From Hyphomicrobiales bacterium (GTDB lineage: Bacteria; Pseudomonadota; Alphaproteobacteria; Rhizobiales; NORP267), in NCBI GenBank assembly GCA_021775875.1, contig JAJFHA010000011.1, forward strand, positions 74,178 to 138,177: DNA of 64,000 nt, given 5' to 3'. The notes beneath the pieces were generated by a model. The model did no database searches. It saw only the letters and a list, made by a program, of their open reading frames with translations, and had not been told where the DNA came from. Positions 1 through 10,201 of this stretch are shown one piece after another. A program made the position numbers and the translations under genes. Positions within the stretch are counted from its first letter, which is position 1. Every line of letters starts with the position of its first letter.

Positions 1-1
1 T

Positions 2-388
2 TCAGGAAATGCGATCACCTGGGCGCAGCAGCGTTTCCCGGAAACCAAAGTGAATTACAAAGTTGCGGACTTGTTCGATATGCCGCGCGACTGGCTTAGC
101 GCGTTCAATCTGGTCCACGAAACTTATACAATCCAAGCCCTTCAGGGGAATATGCGCCGCAAAGCTATCCGGGCGATTGCCAGCCTGGTCGCGCCGCGTG
201 GCCGACTTCTGGTCATCACCCGGTCACGCGACAACGGCGAGAAAGTCGAAGGCCCGCCATGGCCGCTCGACCGCACCGAAATTGGCACATTTGAGAACTA
301 CGGCCTGGAACTAATTCGTTTGGACGATTTCGAAGAAACCCGCGACCGCCCGATCCGCCATTTTCTTGCGGAATTTACGCGGTCCTGA
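2..388 (+). CDS. SAM-dependent methyltransferase, C-terminal part (5' end upstream of window)
   Basis: Frame 2 is open from base 2 (SGNAITWAQQRFPETK...) and runs into the listed 50..388 ORF. The tail looks like a class I methyltransferase (TPMT/TehB-like). No credible start lies inside the window. Confidence 0.55.
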   Translation, partial: SGNAITWAQQRFPETKVNYKVADLFDMPRDWLSAFNLVHETYTIQALQGNMRRKAIRAIASLVAPRGRLLVITRSRDNGEKVEGPPWPLDRTEIGTFENYGLELIRLDDFEETRDRPIRHFLAEFTRS

Positions 389-411
389 CAGACAAATAGC
401 GGTATGAATTT

Positions 412-1008
412 ATGTTAAAAGTCGCAGAATTACGCGTTTTGGATTTTGGGCCCTATGAAATTTCCCTCAACCCGGGTGAGTGTCTGGTGGTTGCCGGTCC
501 GTCGGGATCGGGAAAATCGGTTCTGCTCCGGGCGTTGGCCGATCTGAATATTTCAAGCGGGACGGTAATGCTTGACGATGTTGCGCGGGAAATTGTGTCT
601 GGCCCTGAATGGCGGCGCATGGTCCGGTATCTGTCAGCGGAGCCTGGATGGTGGGCTGAGACGCCGAAAGAGCATTTCAAACACCCGGACCGGATAGCCG
701 CGAGTTTTGCCTTGCTGGATCTTGCGCCTGAATTGGCGATAAGGCCGGTATCAGAATTATCGACTGGTGAGCGCCAGCGCGTGGCGCTGCTACGTGCGCT
801 GGAGGATAACCCGGTTTTGTTGCTGGCAGATGAGCCGACCGCCGCACTTGATGATGTCTCGATTAAAAAATCGGAAAAGCTGCTTCGGCAATACCTGAAA
901 GCCGGGGGAATGTTGATCCTTGTGACCCATTCCAGCAAGCAGGCAAAAGCATTTGGTACCTCGCAACTGAAACTTGGGCGCAAGTCTGATGGTGGAAGCG
1001 GGTCATGA
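412..1008 (+). CDS. fetA: ABC transporter ATP-binding protein, YbbL/FetA-like
   Basis: 198 aa with Walker A GPSGSGKS, signature LSTGERQRVAL and Walker B LLLADEPT. ATGA overlap with the downstream permease. The symbol rests on the pairing with a UPF0014-type permease. Confidence 0.7.
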   Translation: MLKVAELRVLDFGPYEISLNPGECLVVAGPSGSGKSVLLRALADLNISSGTVMLDDVAREIVSGPEWRRMVRYLSAEPGWWAETPKEHFKHPDRIAASFALLDLAPELAIRPVSELSTGERQRVALLRALEDNPVLLLADEPTAALDDVSIKKSEKLLRQYLKAGGMLILVTHSSKQAKAFGTSQLKLGRKSDGGSGS

Positions 1009-1805
1009 ATTACGTATCCCTTGGTATATTTGATCTGGCTGCTGCCGCCACGCTGATCCTGATCAACGGCGTTATCTCCCTCTTTTTTAGCTTGGGAATT
1101 GCACGCACACTCGCTGTTTCCGCTTTGCGCATGTGCGTGCAACTGGCCGCTGTCGGTTTTGTGTTGCGGTATGTTTTTGCGCAATCGGCATTCTGGTTAA
1201 CCGCGCTCATCGCAATTGCGATGGCGACGATTGCCGGCTTCGAAATAATGTCCCGTCAGAAATTCCGGTTTAGCGGGTTTTGGGGCTATGGAATTGGGGC
1301 ATCAGCGCTGTTCTCGGCCGGGTTCATGACATTGCTGTTTGCGATGATTTTGGTAGTGCGTCCTGAACCCTGGTATCTGCCCCGCTATGCGCTACCCGTG
1401 CTTGGCATGATATTAGGGAATATCCTGACCGCTGTCGCCTTGGGCCTGAATACACTTTTGGTCTCAGCCAGACGGGAGAGGGCGGGAATTGAAGCCCGGC
1501 TGGCTCTTGGTCAAAGCTGGCAACAGGCATCAAACGGTATCGTGCGCGATGCGCTGTTGACTGCCATGACGCCGATCATAAACGCCATGGCAGCAAGCGG
1601 AATTGTCGCGCTACCGGGTATGATGACCGGTCAGATACTGGCAGGCGTCGAGCCGGTTGAAGCGGTTAAATATCAAATTGCAATCATGTTCCTGATCGCC
1701 GGGGCAACGGCGCTGGGTGCTCTGATCGCTGTATTGATTGCCAGCTACAGATTGTCGGATGATCGCCAGAGGCTGCGCCTTGATCGGATTGTGCGTAAGT
1801 CCTGA
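1005..1805 (+). CDS. fetB: UPF0014/YbbM (FetB)-like ABC permease
   Basis: 266-aa multi-pass membrane protein, translationally coupled (ATGA) to the small ABC ATPase. Length and layout fit the YbbM family. Called from memory, not searched. Confidence 0.65.
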   Translation: MNYVSLGIFDLAAAATLILINGVISLFFSLGIARTLAVSALRMCVQLAAVGFVLRYVFAQSAFWLTALIAIAMATIAGFEIMSRQKFRFSGFWGYGIGASALFSAGFMTLLFAMILVVRPEPWYLPRYALPVLGMILGNILTAVALGLNTLLVSARRERAGIEARLALGQSWQQASNGIVRDALLTAMTPIINAMAASGIVALPGMMTGQILAGVEPVEAVKYQIAIMFLIAGATALGALIAVLIASYRLSDDRQRLRLDRIVRKS

Positions 1806-2411
1806 CTAGCCGTGAGACCAATTATCCGGATCATCATTGTCATTGGGCGATAGTCCAAGTGGTTCGTCGGCGTGATTGACGCCAAGTCCCAGAACGGTCC
1901 GGTTGGCATAGGCGAAATAGGCAACCACCTGATTGATTTCGAGAATATCGCCATCATCAAATCCGACTTCCCTGAGCGCGGCAATATCGGTTTCCGCCAT
2001 GTTTGGTGAATCAATTGTGAGTTTGCGGGCATAAATTGCAGCGGCCAGTTCCTTGCCGGAAAGGGTGGATTCAAAATTATCCGTCTCAATCGCTGCCCGG
2101 ATGGCGTCGGCCCGGGCATCGTCATCCAGAAGCCGTTTCAGTCCGGCAAAATGATGCTCCACACAATAGCTGCAACCATTCAGATAGCTTGTGATAACGC
2201 CGAGGGTTTCCAGCAGCGACTTCGGATTTGCATTGCGCGGGTGATGTAACACCGCCTTGTAGAGGCCCATATGGCCATCAAGGGTGTGGGGGCGAAGCGA
2301 GTGAGAGGAGAGGATATTGTCAATCTGTCCGCCCGGTCCGGCAATCCGCTGGTAGATTTTTGCCAACCGACCGGTCGCATCGGCTGCGGAAATTGTTTTT
2401 ATCCAGGTCAT
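1806..2411 (-). CDS. Carboxymuconolactone decarboxylase / AhpD-like peroxidase-related protein
   Basis: 201 aa with an AhpD-type CxxC in LNGCSYCVEHH. Starts 4 bp after the ABC-F gene stop on the same strand. Confidence 0.75.
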   Translation of the reverse strand: MTWIKTISAADATGRLAKIYQRIAGPGGQIDNILSSHSLRPHTLDGHMGLYKAVLHHPRNANPKSLLETLGVITSYLNGCSYCVEHHFAGLKRLLDDDARADAIRAAIETDNFESTLSGKELAAAIYARKLTIDSPNMAETDIAALREVGFDDGDILEINQVVAYFAYANRTVLGLGVNHADEPLGLSPNDNDDPDNWSHG

Positions 2412-2415
2412 GATT

Positions 2416-4314
2416 TTACCCTTTCGGCGCTGCGGCTTCTTCTAGCTCAGCCGACAAAGTCAGCCATTTTTCCAGCAGCTCTTTGGTGGTTTTCTTATTG
2501 TCGCTGCGTTGCTTGCCCAGATCAATCAGCGCGACCGGGTCTTTTTCATAGAGTTTTGGGTCGGCGAGCGCGGCATCGATTTTCTCTAAATCCTTTTCCA
2601 ACTTGCCGACCTGCATTTCGATGCTGCGTACATTTTTGCGCAGCGGCGCCAGCTTTTCGCGTCCCACCGCGCCGTCGCGGCGTTCCGCCGCTTTATCCTT
2701 GCCCTGCGCGCCATTTGCCGAAGCATTTGAACCAGATTTTTTCTTGCGCCCGGTTTTATCAAGCACCTTGCGGCGATATTCTTGCATGTCGCCTTCAAAC
2801 GGAACGATCCCGCCGTCTGCAACCAGCCAGAGACGGTCGGCGCAGGTCTCGACAAAATGCTGGTCATGGCTGATCAGAACCACCGCACCCTGATATTCCA
2901 GCAAAGCCTGGACCAAAGCCTGACGGGCATCCACGTCCAGATGGTTGGTCGGTTCATCAAGGATCAACAGGTCAGGGCCGCTAAAGGTGGCGAGTGCCAA
3001 CAAAAGCCGGGCTTTTTCACCACCTGACAAATCACCGACTTTGGTATCCATTTTGTCGGTACCAAGGCCGATCCGCGCGGTGCGTGCGCGAACCTGCGCT
3101 TCGGTCGCTTTTTCCATTAAGGCACGCACATGCTCTTTCGCCGTTTCTTCAGGCTTCAATTCATCAAGCTGATGCTGGGCAAAATAAGCAATCGTCATTT
3201 TGCGATGGCGTTTGCAGCGCCCGCTCATGGCGTCAAGCCTGCCGGATAGCAACTTCGCCAATGTGCTCTTGCCGTTGCCGTTTTGGCCAAGCAGGGCGAT
3301 CCGGTCATCGGTGCCGATATGGAGCGTGATATCCCGCAATACCGGAACGCCATTATAACCTACATCAACATTTTCCAGATTGATCAGGGGCGGTGCCAGG
3401 ATTTTTTCAGGCGACGGTAATTCGATCGGGACTGTCCGCTCTTCTATCATTGATGAGATTGGTTGCATTTTTTCAAGCGCTTTCAGGCGCGATTGGGCCT
3501 GACGTGCCTTGTTGGCTTGCGCCCGGAACCGCGCGACAAATTCTTCCATGTGGCGGCGGGCATGATCCTGTTTCTTTTTCAGCTTGAGTTGCAAGGCCTG
3601 ATTTTCTGAACGTTGGCGCTCGAACCGGTCATAACCACCGGCATAAAGCGTCAACTTCCCGCCTTCCAGATGCATGATATTTTGTACAGACCGGTTCAGA
3701 AGTTCTCTGTCATGGCTGATCACAAGAGCAGCATAAGGGTAGCGTGCCAGATAATTTTCCAGCCACATTGTGCCTTCAAGGTCGAGATAATTGGTTGGTT
3801 CATCAAGCAGCAACAGATCGGGTGCCGAAAACAGGGTTGCGGCCAGCGCAACCCGCATCCGCCACCCGCCGGAAAGTGCTGAACAGGGGCCATTCTGGGT
3901 CTCGAAATCGAACCCCAATCCGGTCAAAATGCTGCTGGCCCGACCTTCTGCCGAATAGGCATCAATATCGGCAAGCCGCAAGTGGATTTCAGCAATCCGG
4001 TGCGGGTCCGTTGCCGTGTCGGCTTCCTTGAAGAGGGCGGTGCGTTCAAGGTCCGCTTCGAGCACCACATCAAGCAACGATAATTCACTTGACGGGGCTT
4101 CCTGGGCCACAGCACCGATCCGCGCACGCTTTGGCAAGGATATGGTCCCGGATTCCGCCTGCCACTCGCCGAGGATGATGCGGAACAGGCTGGTTTTGCC
4201 AGTCCCGTTGCGCCCGACAAAGCCGGTTGCGCCCTTGGTTGGAATGGCGATTGTCGCGCCATCAAACAGGCTACGCCCTTCAATTCGGAATGTAAGATCA
4301 TTAATATGCAGCAT
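2416..4314 (-). CDS. ABC-F family ATPase (two cassettes, no membrane domain)
   Basis: 632 aa with two cassettes: GRNGTGKTS / LSGGWRMRVALA / LLLLDEPTNYLD and GQNGNGKST / LSGGEKARLLLA / LLILDEPTNHLD. Charged coiled-coil C-terminus. Confidence 0.9.
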   Translation of the reverse strand: MLHINDLTFRIEGRSLFDGATIAIPTKGATGFVGRNGTGKTSLFRIILGEWQAESGTISLPKRARIGAVAQEAPSSELSLLDVVLEADLERTALFKEADTATDPHRIAEIHLRLADIDAYSAEGRASSILTGLGFDFETQNGPCSALSGGWRMRVALAATLFSAPDLLLLDEPTNYLDLEGTMWLENYLARYPYAALVISHDRELLNRSVQNIMHLEGGKLTLYAGGYDRFERQRSENQALQLKLKKKQDHARRHMEEFVARFRAQANKARQAQSRLKALEKMQPISSMIEERTVPIELPSPEKILAPPLINLENVDVGYNGVPVLRDITLHIGTDDRIALLGQNGNGKSTLAKLLSGRLDAMSGRCKRHRKMTIAYFAQHQLDELKPEETAKEHVRALMEKATEAQVRARTARIGLGTDKMDTKVGDLSGGEKARLLLALATFSGPDLLILDEPTNHLDVDARQALVQALLEYQGAVVLISHDQHFVETCADRLWLVADGGIVPFEGDMQEYRRKVLDKTGRKKKSGSNASANGAQGKDKAAERRDGAVGREKLAPLRKNVRSIEMQVGKLEKDLEKIDAALADPKLYEKDPVALIDLGKQRSDNKKTTKELLEKWLTLSAELEEAAAPKG

Positions 4315-4439
4315 GGGCAGGAGCTATGGCGTTGCCGCGTCAAAAAAGCAATCCCGCAAGTGGTCAATTGTCAGATTTTTCCCATTGCGCGATTTCTGCT
4401 TTATATTCAGCCCTCAGTGGATTTTGGATCGAGGGTGGC

Positions 4440-5150
4440 ATGACAATCAAGTTATATGATCTCAGCGGTGACGATGGACGCCGGTTCAGCCCCTATTGTT
4501 GGCGGACCAAAATGGCGCTGGCCCACAAGGGGCTGGAATTTGAAACGCTTCCCACAATGTTCGTCGAGATCGGTAACCTTGCCGATAATAACCGCACCAG
4601 CGTGCCGGTGATCGAGGATGATGAAGTTTGCATCCAGGACAGTTTTGAAATCGCGCTTTATCTGGAAGAAACCTATTCGCAAGGCCCCGGCCTGTTTGGT
4701 GGGCAGGGCGGACAATCTGCCGCACGCTTTGTGGAAGCCTGGACCTTCGCTGCCCTGCATCCCCATATAGTGAAGATGATCATCGTCGATGTTCATGATT
4801 GCCTGAACCCGGCCGACCGTAATTATTTTCGTGAAAGCCGGGAGAAAATGCTGGGCACGCCGCTGGAGGTAGTTCAGGCAGGGCGCGAGGAGCGTTTGCA
4901 GCCCTTTCTTCAAGCCATGCAGCCGCTGCGAGCGATGCTGGCAAAGCAACCTTTCATTGGCGGAGATAGCCCACAATTTTCCGATTATATCGTCTTTGGC
5001 TCCCTGCAATGGCCCCGCATAGCAAGTGCATTTGATCTGATGCCGCCAGCCGATGATCCTGTTACCCAATGGTTCGAGCGTTGTCTCGATCTTCACAATG
5101 GTCTCGGCAGGTCGATGATTGCAGCCCGTGATCAAACAGATTTTCGCTGA
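4440..5150 (+). CDS. Glutathione S-transferase family protein
   Basis: The listed ORF starts at 4326, but the GST-like thioredoxin-fold N-terminus starts at ATG 4440 (MTIKLYDLSGDDGRRFSPYCWRTKMALAHKGLEFE...). Confidence 0.75.
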   Translation: MTIKLYDLSGDDGRRFSPYCWRTKMALAHKGLEFETLPTMFVEIGNLADNNRTSVPVIEDDEVCIQDSFEIALYLEETYSQGPGLFGGQGGQSAARFVEAWTFAALHPHIVKMIIVDVHDCLNPADRNYFRESREKMLGTPLEVVQAGREERLQPFLQAMQPLRAMLAKQPFIGGDSPQFSDYIVFGSLQWPRIASAFDLMPPADDPVTQWFERCLDLHNGLGRSMIAARDQTDFR

Positions 5151-5246
5151 CACCTTGCACCGACTGCTCTTCGCAGCTATAAGCGCGACAAAATTTGTCC
5201 CTGTTTTTTTCCGGGGCAAAATCACAGTTTTTTCCAGGAAACAAAA

Positions 5247-5669
5247 ATGGCTAATGAACGCACTCTGTCTATCATCAAACCTGATGCGACGGCCCGTAAT
5301 CTTACCGGTAAAATCATCGACAAATTCGAAAGTGCCGGGCTGAAAATCGTCGCCCAGAAGCGCACACGCTGGACCCAGGATCAGGCGGAAGCCTTTTACG
5401 CGGTTCACAAAGAACGCCCTTTCTATGGAGATCTGGTGGCATTCATGACCTCTGGTCCGATTGTCATGCAGGTTCTTGAAGGCGAAGGAGCTGTTGCAAA
5501 GAATCGTGAAATCATGGGCGCAACCAACCCGGCTGATGCTGACAAAGGCACGGTCCGCGCAGAATTTGCTGAAAATATTGAACGCAATTCAGTACATGGT
5601 TCCGACAGCGTGGAGAATGCAGCCGCTGAAATCGCGCTCTGCTTTGAAGATAAAGATATCGTCGGCTAG
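5247..5669 (+). CDS. ndk: Nucleoside diphosphate kinase
   Basis: 140 aa with [11 protein letters not shown], the active-site region NSVHGSDS, and typical length. Confidence 0.97.
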   Translation: MANERTLSIIKPDATARNLTGKIIDKFESAGLKIVAQKRTRWTQDQAEAFYAVHKERPFYGDLVAFMTSGPIVMQVLEGEGAVAKNREIMGATNPADADKGTVRAEFAENIERNSVHGSDSVENAAAEIALCFEDKDIVG

Positions 5670-5694
5670 CTGAGGGGCACAACCGACGAACCGG

Positions 5695-5731
5695 GGGGAG
5701 GCAGGTTGAATAACCGCCTCTCCCTTTTTTT
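5695..5731 (+). terminator. Rho-independent terminator after ndk
   Basis: GC-rich stem 5695-5705 / 5714-5724 (gggagGCaGG...CCgCCtctccc, two single-nt bulges), an 8-nt loop, then T7 at 5725-5731. Confidence 0.8.
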
Positions 5732-5781
5732 ATGCCTGAATTCCTTGTAGGTTTCTGTTCAATTCAAAAAGGGGAAGACAT

Positions 5782-6144
5782 ATGAGCGACCACGTCCACT
5801 GGATACTTGAAGCAAAAATCAACAACGGCGAATTAGCAAATTTCAAAAACATGATGACCGAGATGGTTCAGGTGACCAGAGACAATGAACCTGGAACGCT
5901 GAACTATGAATGGAGCATCAGCGAAGATGGTGCCACTTGTCATATCTATGAGCGCTATGTCGATAGCGCCGCGACCATGGTGCATATGGCCTCATTCGGG
6001 AAAAATTTCGCCAAGAAGTTCATGTCGCTGGCCAGCGTTACCGGGGTTACGGTTTACGGCAATCCGGACGATACGGTGAGAGGCGCGATGGAAGCTTTGG
6101 GGCCGGTTTACATGGCACCTATCGGCGGTTTTGCCAGAAACTAA
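5782..6144 (+). CDS. ABM (antibiotic biosynthesis monooxygenase)-fold protein
   Basis: 120 aa. NYEWSISEDGATCHIYERYVDSAATMVHM fits the dimeric alpha/beta-barrel ABM pattern. RBS aaaggggaag lies upstream. Confidence 0.6.
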   Translation: MSDHVHWILEAKINNGELANFKNMMTEMVQVTRDNEPGTLNYEWSISEDGATCHIYERYVDSAATMVHMASFGKNFAKKFMSLASVTGVTVYGNPDDTVRGAMEALGPVYMAPIGGFARN

Positions 6145-6181
6145 AAATGCCTGGGTCTAAAGCCTGAAGGGATGCGGGAAA

Positions 6182-8278
6182 ATGAACGAACAAATCAAAC
6201 TGGATATCGTCTTTTCGGCATGTCCTCATGATTGCCCATCAACTTGCGCACTTGAAATTGAGCGGCTCGACAGCAAAACCATTGGCCGGGTTCGCGGAGC
6301 GAAAGATCAGAATTACACCGCAGGTGTTGTTTGCGCCAAGGTTGGCAGATATGCCGAGCGGGTTCATCATCCCGACCGCCTCAAATATCCCCTGCGTCGT
6401 GTTGGTCCCAAAGGCGCTGGTGAATTTGAGCGCATTTCCTGGGATGAAGCTCTGGATATTGTTGCTGCAAAAATGCTTGAAGCGGAAGCCCGCCACGGCC
6501 CGGAAGCGGTTTGGCCATACTATTATGCAGGTACTATGGGGCTATTGCAGCGCGATGGCATAAACCGGTTGCGACACGCAAAAAATTATTCCGGCATGCA
6601 TGCAACTTTCTGCTCCGCCTTGTCGTCGGCGGGTTTCATGGCCGGGGCCGGTAAATTGGCAGGGCCTGATCCGCGCGAAATGGCAAAATCTGATCTGGTG
6701 ATTATCTGGGGCACCAATCCGGTTCATACCCAGGTCAATGTCATGACCCATGTCGCCCGCGCCCGCAAGGAACGCGGTGCCCGTCTGGTGGTGATCGACG
6801 TTTACCAGAATGCCACCATGAAACAGGCCGATATGGCGCTGTGCCTGAAACCCGGCACCGATGCCGCATTAGCCTGCGCACTGATGCATATCCTTTTCCG
6901 CGACGGCCATGCCGACCACGATTATCTGGAAAAATATACCGATTGCCCGAAAGACCTCGAAGCCCACGTAGCGAGCAGAGGGCCTGAATGGGCGTCTGAA
7001 ATTACCGGCCTGCCGGTTGAAGATATCGAAACCCTGGCGCGCTGGATCGGCGAGACGCCGAAATCATTTTTCCGGCTTGGTTATGGCTTTACTCGTTCCC
7101 GCAACGGCGCAATCTCGATGCACGCAGCTTCCTGTGTTCCGGCGGTAACCGGCGCATGGCTTCATGAAGGCGGCGGCGCATTTCACACTAATGGCGGAAT
7201 TTTCCGGACTAAAAAAACCCTGATCGAAGGCAATGACGTGCGTGATCCGTCGGTCAGAATTCTGGACATGTCCCGGATCGGTGCGGTTCTGAACGGCGAC
7301 AAAAGTGATATCGGCGACGGCCCACCGGTGGATGTATTGTTCATACAGAATACCAACCCGGTATCCGTCGCGCCGGACCAGATGCGGGTGCTTGAAGGGT
7401 TTGTGAGGGAAGACTTGTTCGTCTGCGTCCACGAACAATTCATGACCGAGACCGCTAAATATGCAGATATTGTTTTGCCTGCCACCATGTTTCTCGAACA
7501 TGACGATATCTATCAGGGCGGCGGACATCAATTCTTGCAACCCGGCCCAAAAGTAATCGACGCGCCGGGTGAATGCCGCTCCAATCACGATGTAATCTGC
7601 GATCTCGCCAAGCGCGTTGGGGCGCAGCATCCGGGCTTTGAGATGAATGAGCGGGAAATTCTGGACACAACGCTTCAAGACTCCGGCAAAGGCACCTGGG
7701 ACGAGCTTGAAGAAATCAAGTGGCTGGATTGCCAGCCTGATTTCGACGAGGCGCATTATATAAATGGCTTTGGTTGGCCTGACGGTAAATTCCGCTTCCG
7801 GCCCGAATGGAGCAAGTTACCGTTACCGAACATGGGGACAGTTGGCCCAATCGGTTCCATTCCTCGCTTGCCAGATTTTTGGGATGTGATCGAACTGGAA
7901 ACCAAAGAGCATCCGTTCAGAATGGCAACGTCACCAGCAAGATCATTCCTCAATTCTTCCTTCAACGAAACTCCGTCGTCCTTGAAGCGGGAAGGGCGGC
8001 CCGAAGTGATGATCCACCCTGATGATGCTGCTGAATTGAGCATCGAAGAAGGCGACAGGGTACAGCTTGGTAACGAGCGGGGAAAAGTAATCCTCCATGC
8101 CGTCATCTTTGAAGGTGTGCGCCGGGGCGTTCTGATTGTCGAAGGAATTTTTCCCAACGATGCTCATGAAGACGGGATCGGCATCAACGCACTGACCGGT
8201 GCTGATGCCGCAGCACCCTATGGTGGCGCGGCGTTTCACGATAACCGGGTCTGGATCAGGTCGTATAAGACCGCGTAG
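6182..8278 (+). CDS. Molybdopterin-dependent oxidoreductase (MopB family, N-terminal 4Fe-4S motif), cytoplasmic
   Basis: 698 aa with the N-terminal Cys cluster CPHDCPSTCALE, molybdopterin-binding core motifs (IIWGTNPV...) and a C-terminal barrel. No twin-arginine signal. Confidence 0.85.
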   Translation: MNEQIKLDIVFSACPHDCPSTCALEIERLDSKTIGRVRGAKDQNYTAGVVCAKVGRYAERVHHPDRLKYPLRRVGPKGAGEFERISWDEALDIVAAKMLEAEARHGPEAVWPYYYAGTMGLLQRDGINRLRHAKNYSGMHATFCSALSSAGFMAGAGKLAGPDPREMAKSDLVIIWGTNPVHTQVNVMTHVARARKERGARLVVIDVYQNATMKQADMALCLKPGTDAALACALMHILFRDGHADHDYLEKYTDCPKDLEAHVASRGPEWASEITGLPVEDIETLARWIGETPKSFFRLGYGFTRSRNGAISMHAASCVPAVTGAWLHEGGGAFHTNGGIFRTKKTLIEGNDVRDPSVRILDMSRIGAVLNGDKSDIGDGPPVDVLFIQNTNPVSVAPDQMRVLEGFVREDLFVCVHEQFMTETAKYADIVLPATMFLEHDDIYQGGGHQFLQPGPKVIDAPGECRSNHDVICDLAKRVGAQHPGFEMNEREILDTTLQDSGKGTWDELEEIKWLDCQPDFDEAHYINGFGWPDGKFRFRPEWSKLPLPNMGTVGPIGSIPRLPDFWDVIELETKEHPFRMATSPARSFLNSSFNETPSSLKREGRPEVMIHPDDAAELSIEEGDRVQLGNERGKVILHAVIFEGVRRGVLIVEGIFPNDAHEDGIGINALTGADAAAPYGGAAFHDNRVWIRSYKTA

Positions 8279-8921
8279 CTGGTGCAAATAACTGCGTATC
8301 GACGGGATCGTCATTATCAATGATTACCCGCTCGCCGACGGCGCGGGCCTGACCGGAGGCGACAAGTTCAAGCGCGTGGGGATAGAGTTTATGCTCTGCC
8401 GCCAACACGCGGGCGGCGAGGCTTTCTTGCGTATCGTTGGTGAATACAGGGACCGCAGCCTGGGCGATGATCGGTCCGGAATCCATATCAGCGCGGACAA
8501 AATGCACGCTGCATCCAGCTATCCTGACGCCAGACGCAAGCGCCCGCGCATGGGTGTCCAACCCTTTGAATGAGGGCAGCAATGAAGGGTGGATATTGAT
8601 CAGTTTGTCCAGCCAGCGCGATACAAAACTATCGGTCAGGAGCCGCATGAACCCGGCAAGGCAAACAAGATCAACTTTCATATTTTCGAGCAGGCTGGTA
8701 AGCGATGCCTCGAAATCTTCCCGATTTTCAAATGCCCGGTGATCAAGCACTTCGACAGGGATTTTCCGGTCAGCGGCGTAAATGAGACCACCGGCATCCT
8801 TCCGGTTGGAAATGACCCCGACAATTTCTGCTGGAAAATCAGAACGGGTACAGGCTTCAATCAACGCTTCCATGTTGCTGCCGCGCCCGGATATCAAAAT
8901 GACGATTCTGCATTTTGCCAT
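8256..8921 (-). CDS. purN: Phosphoribosylglycinamide formyltransferase
   Basis: 221 aa with N-terminal IVILISGRGSNMEALI and NIHPSLLPSFKG. Immediately downstream of purM. Confidence 0.93.
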   Translation of the reverse strand: MAKCRIVILISGRGSNMEALIEACTRSDFPAEIVGVISNRKDAGGLIYAADRKIPVEVLDHRAFENREDFEASLTSLLENMKVDLVCLAGFMRLLTDSFVSRWLDKLINIHPSLLPSFKGLDTHARALASGVRIAGCSVHFVRADMDSGPIIAQAAVPVFTNDTQESLAARVLAAEHKLYPHALELVASGQARAVGERVIIDNDDPVDTQLFAPATRSYTT

Positions 8922-8923
8922 AA

Positions 8924-10000
8924 TCAGATCGCCAACCGCCCGGAGAAAGACACGGCTTGATCACCGCTTCGTTCCGTAATCGCGCCAAGTTCGACCACGG
9001 TCTCGCCCTCGGTTTCAAGCCTGGTGATAATCTTGCTAACGCTATTATTTGCAACCACCAAAACCATACCGATACCGCAATTGAAGGTGCGCAGCATTTC
9101 AGTTTCTTCAATGCCGCCTTCCTTGGCCAGCCAGCCAAAGACTGGTGGTACAGGCACCGTATCCAGATTTATCTCTGCGCCGAGCGTGTCGGGCAAAACC
9201 CGCGGTAAATTTTCGGTCATCCCGCCACCGGTAATATGGGCGAGCGCTTTAACTGGTAGCCCGGCTTTAAGCGTTTTCAATATTGAGCGGACATAAATTT
9301 TCGTTGGTGTCAGCAATGCTTCACCAAGCGAGGTAGACGGATCAAACGGCGCCGGGTCACTCCAGGACAATCCACTCGTCTCAACTACTTTGCGAACCAG
9401 CGAATAGCCATTTGAATGTACCCCGGCTGAGGCCAGTCCCAACAACTGGTCACCCGGTTGAATATCATCGCGCGGCAATAAAGTACCACGCTCCGCCGCC
9501 CCGACAGAAAAACCGGCAAGGTCATAATCCCCCGCCGCATAAAGGCCGGGCATCTCTGCAGTTTCCCCGCCAATCAGCGCACAATGTGCTTGCACACAAC
9601 CGTCCGCAATGCCGCGCACCACGCCAACCGCAACCTCTTGGTCGAGTTTTGACGACGCGAAATAATCCAGAAAAAACAGAGGCTCAGCTCCCTGGACAAT
9701 AAGGTCGTTGACGCACATCGCCACCAGATCGATACCGATGGTTTCGTGGAGCCCGGTTTCAATCGCGATCTTCACTTTGGTGCCAACGCCGTCATTGGCG
9801 GCGACAAGGACAGGGTCCGTAAAGCCGGCTGCTTTGAGATCAAATAATCCGCCAAACCCGCCAAGTTCGGCGCCAGCGCCGGGCCGGGCCGTAGAACGGG
9901 CGAGGGGCGCGATCTCGGTAACAAGATTATTGCCAGCGTCAATATCAACACCCGCTTCGCGATAGGTCAGGTTTTTTTTATCTGGGGTCTGTTCAGTCAT
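8924..10000 (-). CDS. purM: Phosphoribosylformylglycinamidine cyclo-ligase (AIR synthetase)
   Basis: [21 protein letters not shown], and the AIRS N/C domains. Preferred start is ATG 10000 (MTEQTPDKK...) rather than the longer ORF start at 10084. Confidence 0.93.
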   Translation of the reverse strand: MTEQTPDKKNLTYREAGVDIDAGNNLVTEIAPLARSTARPGAGAELGGFGGLFDLKAAGFTDPVLVAANDGVGTKVKIAIETGLHETIGIDLVAMCVNDLIVQGAEPLFFLDYFASSKLDQEVAVGVVRGIADGCVQAHCALIGGETAEMPGLYAAGDYDLAGFSVGAAERGTLLPRDDIQPGDQLLGLASAGVHSNGYSLVRKVVETSGLSWSDPAPFDPSTSLGEALLTPTKIYVRSILKTLKAGLPVKALAHITGGGMTENLPRVLPDTLGAEINLDTVPVPPVFGWLAKEGGIEETEMLRTFNCGIGMVLVVANNSVSKIITRLETEGETVVELGAITERSGDQAVSFSGRLAI

Positions 10001-10201
10001 GTTGTTCCACAATCGCGGCACCGGAATATCTGATTTGTACAGATAATCCAAAATAGGCAAGGCCAAGTCAGTAAATTTCGTCAATCGTCAATATTTTCGA
10101 GCGACGCAAGCAGAAAATCAGGCTTTACCTTGTGAGCTGAGCGATCTTAAACTAGACACGTCGAAATGTAACAAGTTCGGTTTTGGAATCGCACCAGGAT
10201 T

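Noticed and set aside
4326-4439. N-terminal extensions in the ORF track (4326, 8924..10084, 11070, 12783, 28121, 28824, 33095, 37461, 51569).
   Set aside because: Each extended part overlaps the upstream gene or lacks family similarity. An internal ATG, GTG or TTG with an RBS or start/stop coupling gives the canonical N-terminus.
4452-5408. Long antisense ORFs: 4452..5408 (318 aa), 453..1184, 7064..7756, 13293..13907, 27391..28278, 30056..30745, 34204..35082, 38715..39326, 45050..45643 and 57292..57969.
   Set aside because: Each lies opposite a gene with strong family motifs. Their translations are Arg/Ser/Cys/Pro-biased, lack motifs and cross gene boundaries. They are shadow ORFs.
8256-8278. 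A 23-bp convergent overlap of the molybdoenzyme gene and purN.
   Set aside because: It is short and compatible with ordinary compact gene packing, so I did not score it as a separate finding.
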